Assembly: GCA_032718475.1 (NCBI GenBank)
Contig: JAUCBJ010000066.1
Coordinates: 1-64,000, forward strand
DNA: 64,000 nucleotides
Source of the DNA: Nemertoderma westbladi
Lineage: Eukaryota > Animalia > Xenacoelomorpha
Reading direction: 5' to 3'
Made by a program: the position numbers and the translations under genes. The notes under the pieces were generated by a model. It had not been told where the DNA came from. It was given only the letters and a program-made list of their open reading frames with translations, and did not search any database. Below are positions 59,273 to 64,000 of this stretch, one piece after another. The first letter of the stretch is position 1. Every line of letters starts with the position of its first letter.

Positions 59273-62032
59273 GGAATGAGCGGAGAAATCAACATTTAGA
59301 TGCTTGTGAACAAAAAAGGCTGGAAAGGAGTTATACCAATGTAACAGTAAAACATAACTCAAAACCTAGAAAAGAACAGCTGAAACAAAGTCAATCCCCT
59401 TCTTATGCACATAATTCAAAACCTACAAAAGAACAGCTGAAACAAAGTCAATTACTTTCTTATGCACATAATTCAAATCCTACAAAAGAACAGCTGAAAC
59501 AAAGTCAATCCCCTTCTTATGCACATAATTCAAAACCCACAAAAGAACAGCTGAAACAAAGTCAATCCCTTTCTTATGCACATAATTCAAATCCTACAAA
59601 AGAACAGCTGAAACAAAGTCAATCACCTTCTTATGCACATGACTCAAAACCTAGAAAAGAACAGCTGAAACAAAGTCAATTACTTTCTTATGCACATCAT
59701 TCAAATCCTACAAAAGAACAGCTGAAACAAAGTCAATCACCTTCTTATGCACATACCTCAAAACCTACAAAAGAACAGCTGAAACAAAGTCAATTACTTT
59801 CTTATGCACATCATTCAAATCCTACAAAAGAACAGCTGAAACAAAGTCAATCACCTTCTTATGCACATAATTCAAAACCTACAAAAGAACAGCTGAAACA
59901 AAGTCAATTACTTTCTTATGCACATAATTCAAAACCTACAAAAGAACAGCTGAAACAAAGTCAATTACTTTCTTATGCACATAATTCAAATCCTACAAAA
60001 GAACAGCTGAAACAAAGTCAATCACCTTCTTATGCACATAATTCAAAACCTACAAAAGAACAGCTGAAACAAAGTCAATTACTTTCTTATGCACATAATT
60101 CAAATCCTACAAAAGAACAGCTGAAACAAAGTCAATCACCTTCTTATGCACATAATTCAAAACCTACAAAAGAACAGCTGAAACAAAGTCAATCACCTTC
60201 TTATTTACATAATTCAAAACTTAGAAAAGAAAAGCTGAAACTAAGTCAATCACCTTCTTCTGCACATAATCCAAAACCTACAAAAGAACAGCTGAAACTA
60301 AGTCAATCCCCTTCTTATGCACATAATTCAAAACCTACAAAAGAACAGCTGAAACAAAGTCAATCACCTTCTTATTTACATAATTCAAAACTTAGAAAAG
60401 AAAAGCTGAAACTAAGTCAATCACCTTCTTCTGCACATATCTCAAAATCTACAAAAGAACAGCTGAAACAAAGTCAACCACCTTCTTATGTACATACCTC
60501 AAAACCTACAAAAGAACAGCTGAAACAAAGTCAATCACCTTCTTATGCACATATCTCAAAATCTACAAAAGAACAGCTAAAACAAAGTCAACCACCTTCT
60601 TATGTACATGACTCAAAACCTACAAAAGAACAGCTGAAACAAAGTCAATCACCTTCTTATGCACATATCTCAAAATCTACAAAAGAACAGCTAAAACAAA
60701 GTCAACCACCTTCTTATGTACATGACTCAAAACCTAGAAAAGAACAGCTGAAACAAAGTCAATCACCTTCTTCTGCACATACCTCAAAACCTACAAAAGA
60801 ACAGCTGAAACAAAGTCAATCACCTTCTTATGTACATACCTCAAAACCTACAAAAGAACAGCTGAAACAAAGTCAATCACCTTCTTATGCACATATCTCA
60901 AAATCTACAAAAGAACAGCTAAAACAAAGTCAACCACCTTCTTATGTACATGACTCAAAACCTAGAAAAGAACAGCTGAAAATAAGTCAATCACCTTCTT
61001 ATGCACATACCTCAAAACCTACAAAAGAACAGCTGAAACAAAGTCAATCACCTTCTTATGTACATGACTCAAAACCTAGAAAAGAACAGCTGAAACAAAG
61101 TCAATCACCTTCTTATGTACATGACTCAAAACCTAGAAAAGAACAGCTGAAACAAAGTCAATCACCTTCTTATGTACATACCTCAAAACCTGCAAAAGAA
61201 CAGCTGAAACAAAGTCAACCACCTTCTTATGTACATGACTCAAAACCTAGAAAAGAACAGCTGAAACGAAGTCAATCACCTTCTTATGTACATACCTCAA
61301 AACCTACAAAAGAACAGCTGAAACAAAGTCAATCACCATCTTATGTACATACCTCAAAACCTGCAAAAGAACAGCTGAAACAAAGTCAACCACCTTCTTA
61401 TGTACATGACTCAAAACCTAGAAAAGAACAGCTGAAACGAAGTCAATCACCTTCTTATGTACATACCTCAAAACCTACAAAAGAACAGCTGAAACAAAGT
61501 CAATCAACTTCTTATTTACATGTCTCAAAACCTAGAAAAGAACAGCTGAAACAAAGTCAATCACCTTCTTATGTACATGACTCAAAACCTACAAAAGAAC
61601 AGCTGAAACAAAGTCAATCACCTTCTTATGTACATACCTCAAAACCTACAAAAGAACAGCTGAAACAAAGTCAATCACCTTCTTATGTACATACCTCAAA
61701 ACCTACAAAAGAACAGCTGAAACAAAGTCAATCACCTTCTTATGTACATGACTCAAAACCTGCAAAAGAACAGCTGAAACAAAGTCAATCACCTTCTTAT
61801 GTGCATGACTCAAAATCTAGAAAACAACAACTGATACAAAGTCAATCATCTTCTAATTTACACAATAGTACAGGCAATAAACAAAGACCAGCAAGTAGTA
61901 TAGAAGTTGGTATTGGTTTTAGAAGAGACACATCAAAAGGCAAAGGAGTTGTAAATTCGCAATCAGCTGTGATTTACTCAGTTCAGTCAACGAACGAGAA
62001 TGAAAACCAGTCAGAGCTCGAAGGAGTTTTAG
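59273..62032 (+). CDS. Uncharacterised repeat-rich protein, exon 5 (2760 nt; 44 x 19-aa repeat HNSKPTKEQLKQSQSPSYA)
   Basis: Acceptor TTTTTTTAG, no stops seen in frame, exact 57-nt period from 59353 to 61804, donor TAG|GTACGT; phase 1-1. Missed by the ORF track for lack of a start codon. Confidence 0.82.
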
Positions 62033-62468
62033 GTACGTAAAAATGTTATAAACTGTTATATATTACGTGAGGTATAAGCATTTTATGTGTGAGGTATAAG
62101 CATTACGTGTGTGAGGTATGAGAATTACGCCAATAATGTATCCCACCATTCATTTCAACCTTTGTTGAGCACAGCTTTGCAAAGTTAGCAATTACGTCAA
62201 AACTTATAATAATATAAAACCACTCATTCACCCATAACACAAATAGCCATTTTTACTGCATACTAGATATCTCGGCCATTTTTAAAGGAAATTAACTAAA
62301 ATGTGGTAACAATATATCTGGTGGTATATTTATAAAATTTTGAAAGAAAATATTCATACTTTTTTCGAGAATGCCGCTAATGTTAATTTTCTTGCTATGT
62401 GAATACGAATTCAATGTAATCAAATGGAGTTGATCCGAGTATTGTAAATAGGCCTAAATAAATATATG

Positions 62469-63617
62469 GGTGTTCGGACACTTCCCCCCCGGACACTTCC
62501 CCCCCGGACAGTTCCCCCCCGTTCAAGTAGGACACTTCCCCCCCGGACACTTCCCCCCCAGACACTTCCCCCCGCGGACACTTCCCCCCCGACTGTTCTT
62601 AACTTCGCACATTCGTATTTTTCATTTTGTAAGGTAAACGGACCGCTTGTATCCAGATAAGTTGTATCCAATTTTCCTTTCGTAGCTCAGAAAGTGATCT
62701 TTTGCATCCCGATTTTACATTTTATATCCAAGTTTTATTTATGGGTTTTATCAATGCAATTACATCGTATTGTTTGCTAATCTTTAAACAATTAATTATA
62801 TTAGATGACCTATAAATTCCATCCCCGGAATGATATACTGTTTTTATTAACTATAGAATTATAATAATTAATTGTTTTAATTATAGGTATTATTATGTAA
62901 TAGTCTTCTTCAAATTGTAGCAGATGAGGATGAATATTATTGTTGCAATCAAAATTATACCTCTCCAGGGTAAAATCGACATGCGTCGACCTGTATTCTG
63001 TGTTCAGCATTACATATTGATATACATATTACTACCCTTCATACTATATAGATATTATACACACTACATATTAAATTTCCTGGTTACTTGCAATATTTTT
63101 AATAGGATTTTGTTGAATTATATAATATTGTAGTAATTTATATATTAAATTGGTTAACATTCAATACAGCTCCTACTTTAGGCTTAGTCAATTTATTATC
63201 TGATGATACAAACATGAATTAATTATTTCAAAGTGGTCTTAAGTCTTTCACCACGGGCACTCAGGGAAATGCCGGGGTCTGGGGGCGATAACCTCCAAGA
63301 AAAGAAGCGGGGGTTTGGGGGCGGCAGCCCCCAACAAAAAAAGCGGGGGTTTGGGGGCGGCAGCCCCAATTAAAAGAAATTAAAAGAACATTAAAGGAAT
63401 TAAAAGAAAAACAAACAAAATTTGACTATAAAAAATGTTTCTTTTATAATTTTGAAAAAACTTGTCTAGATACAACTTGTCCTGTAACCATCTTTAACTT
63501 TTGTTTATTGCTTTGATGCACCCAGATTAATTTTAACACTTTAACTGGGGGGGGGAAGTGTCCGGGGGGCAAGTGTCCGGGGGGGAGAAGTGTCCGGGGG
63601 GGAAGTGTCCTAGATCC
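62469..63617. mobile_element. Non-autonomous Mutator (MULE)-like element
   Basis: 9-bp TSD AAATATATG (62460-62468, 63618-63626); GG..CC termini; subterminal arrays GGACACTTCCCCCCC / GGGGGGAAGTGTCC. Confidence 0.85.
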
Positions 63618-63694
63618 AAATATATGTTTATTTTGTTGATGTGGTGCTAATGTAATGTATTATTTAACTGTATTAAAAAGATTATTATAAACAG

Positions 63695-63888
63695 GGTTGC
63701 TAGTAAAGGGTTATGAGCAGGATTCAATGAACGCCAATGAACCTATGAAATTATTGCTGCTTGAAAAGATACTGTTCTTAAAAATGTGGGATTCGTTTTC
63801 TTGTTTGCGACACGGATGGGATGGAGCTGCAACTGTTGAAATTAATTTGTTATTTGACCATTGTTATATGCTCCACAATTTTGAATAA
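63695..63888 (+). CDS. Uncharacterised repeat-rich protein, putative last exon
   Basis: Acceptor AAACAG in phase 1, open frame to TAA 63888. Confidence 0.6.
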
Positions 63889-64000
63889 GACTCGTGCATA
63901 TATGTCAACCTGGAAGACTCCCCATAAAACTTCGAATGGATCAATGTCATTATCAATGGTAGACACATCGCGAACCGATCGTATAGTGGTGACTACTTCC

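Overview
AT-rich, repeat-dense eukaryotic DNA with GT-AG introns, most likely from an invertebrate animal (inferred from gene and TE content). Host genes: HGS/Hrs (two coding exons, 9.1-kb intron), an intronless serpin frameshifted at its hinge, an intronless CHST-type carbohydrate sulfotransferase, LRRC51 (three exons, upstream RFX X-box), and a large six-exon gene (50545-63888, about 1347 aa) that the ORF track almost misses and that contains 44 perfectly phased 19-aa repeats. Mobile DNA: an intact GC-rich CsRn1-type Ty3/Gypsy element with identical LTRs and a -1 frameshift cassette; an IS3EU-like DDE transposon with a convergent HECT E3-ligase-like ORF and a shared upstream motif; a decayed Sola2 transposon in the HGS intron; several RTE-like LINE copies; Harbinger-, MULE- and Helentron-like non-autonomous elements; long palindromes; a Penelope-type minimal hammerhead motif; and many satellites. 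All calls were made by eye, without database searches.
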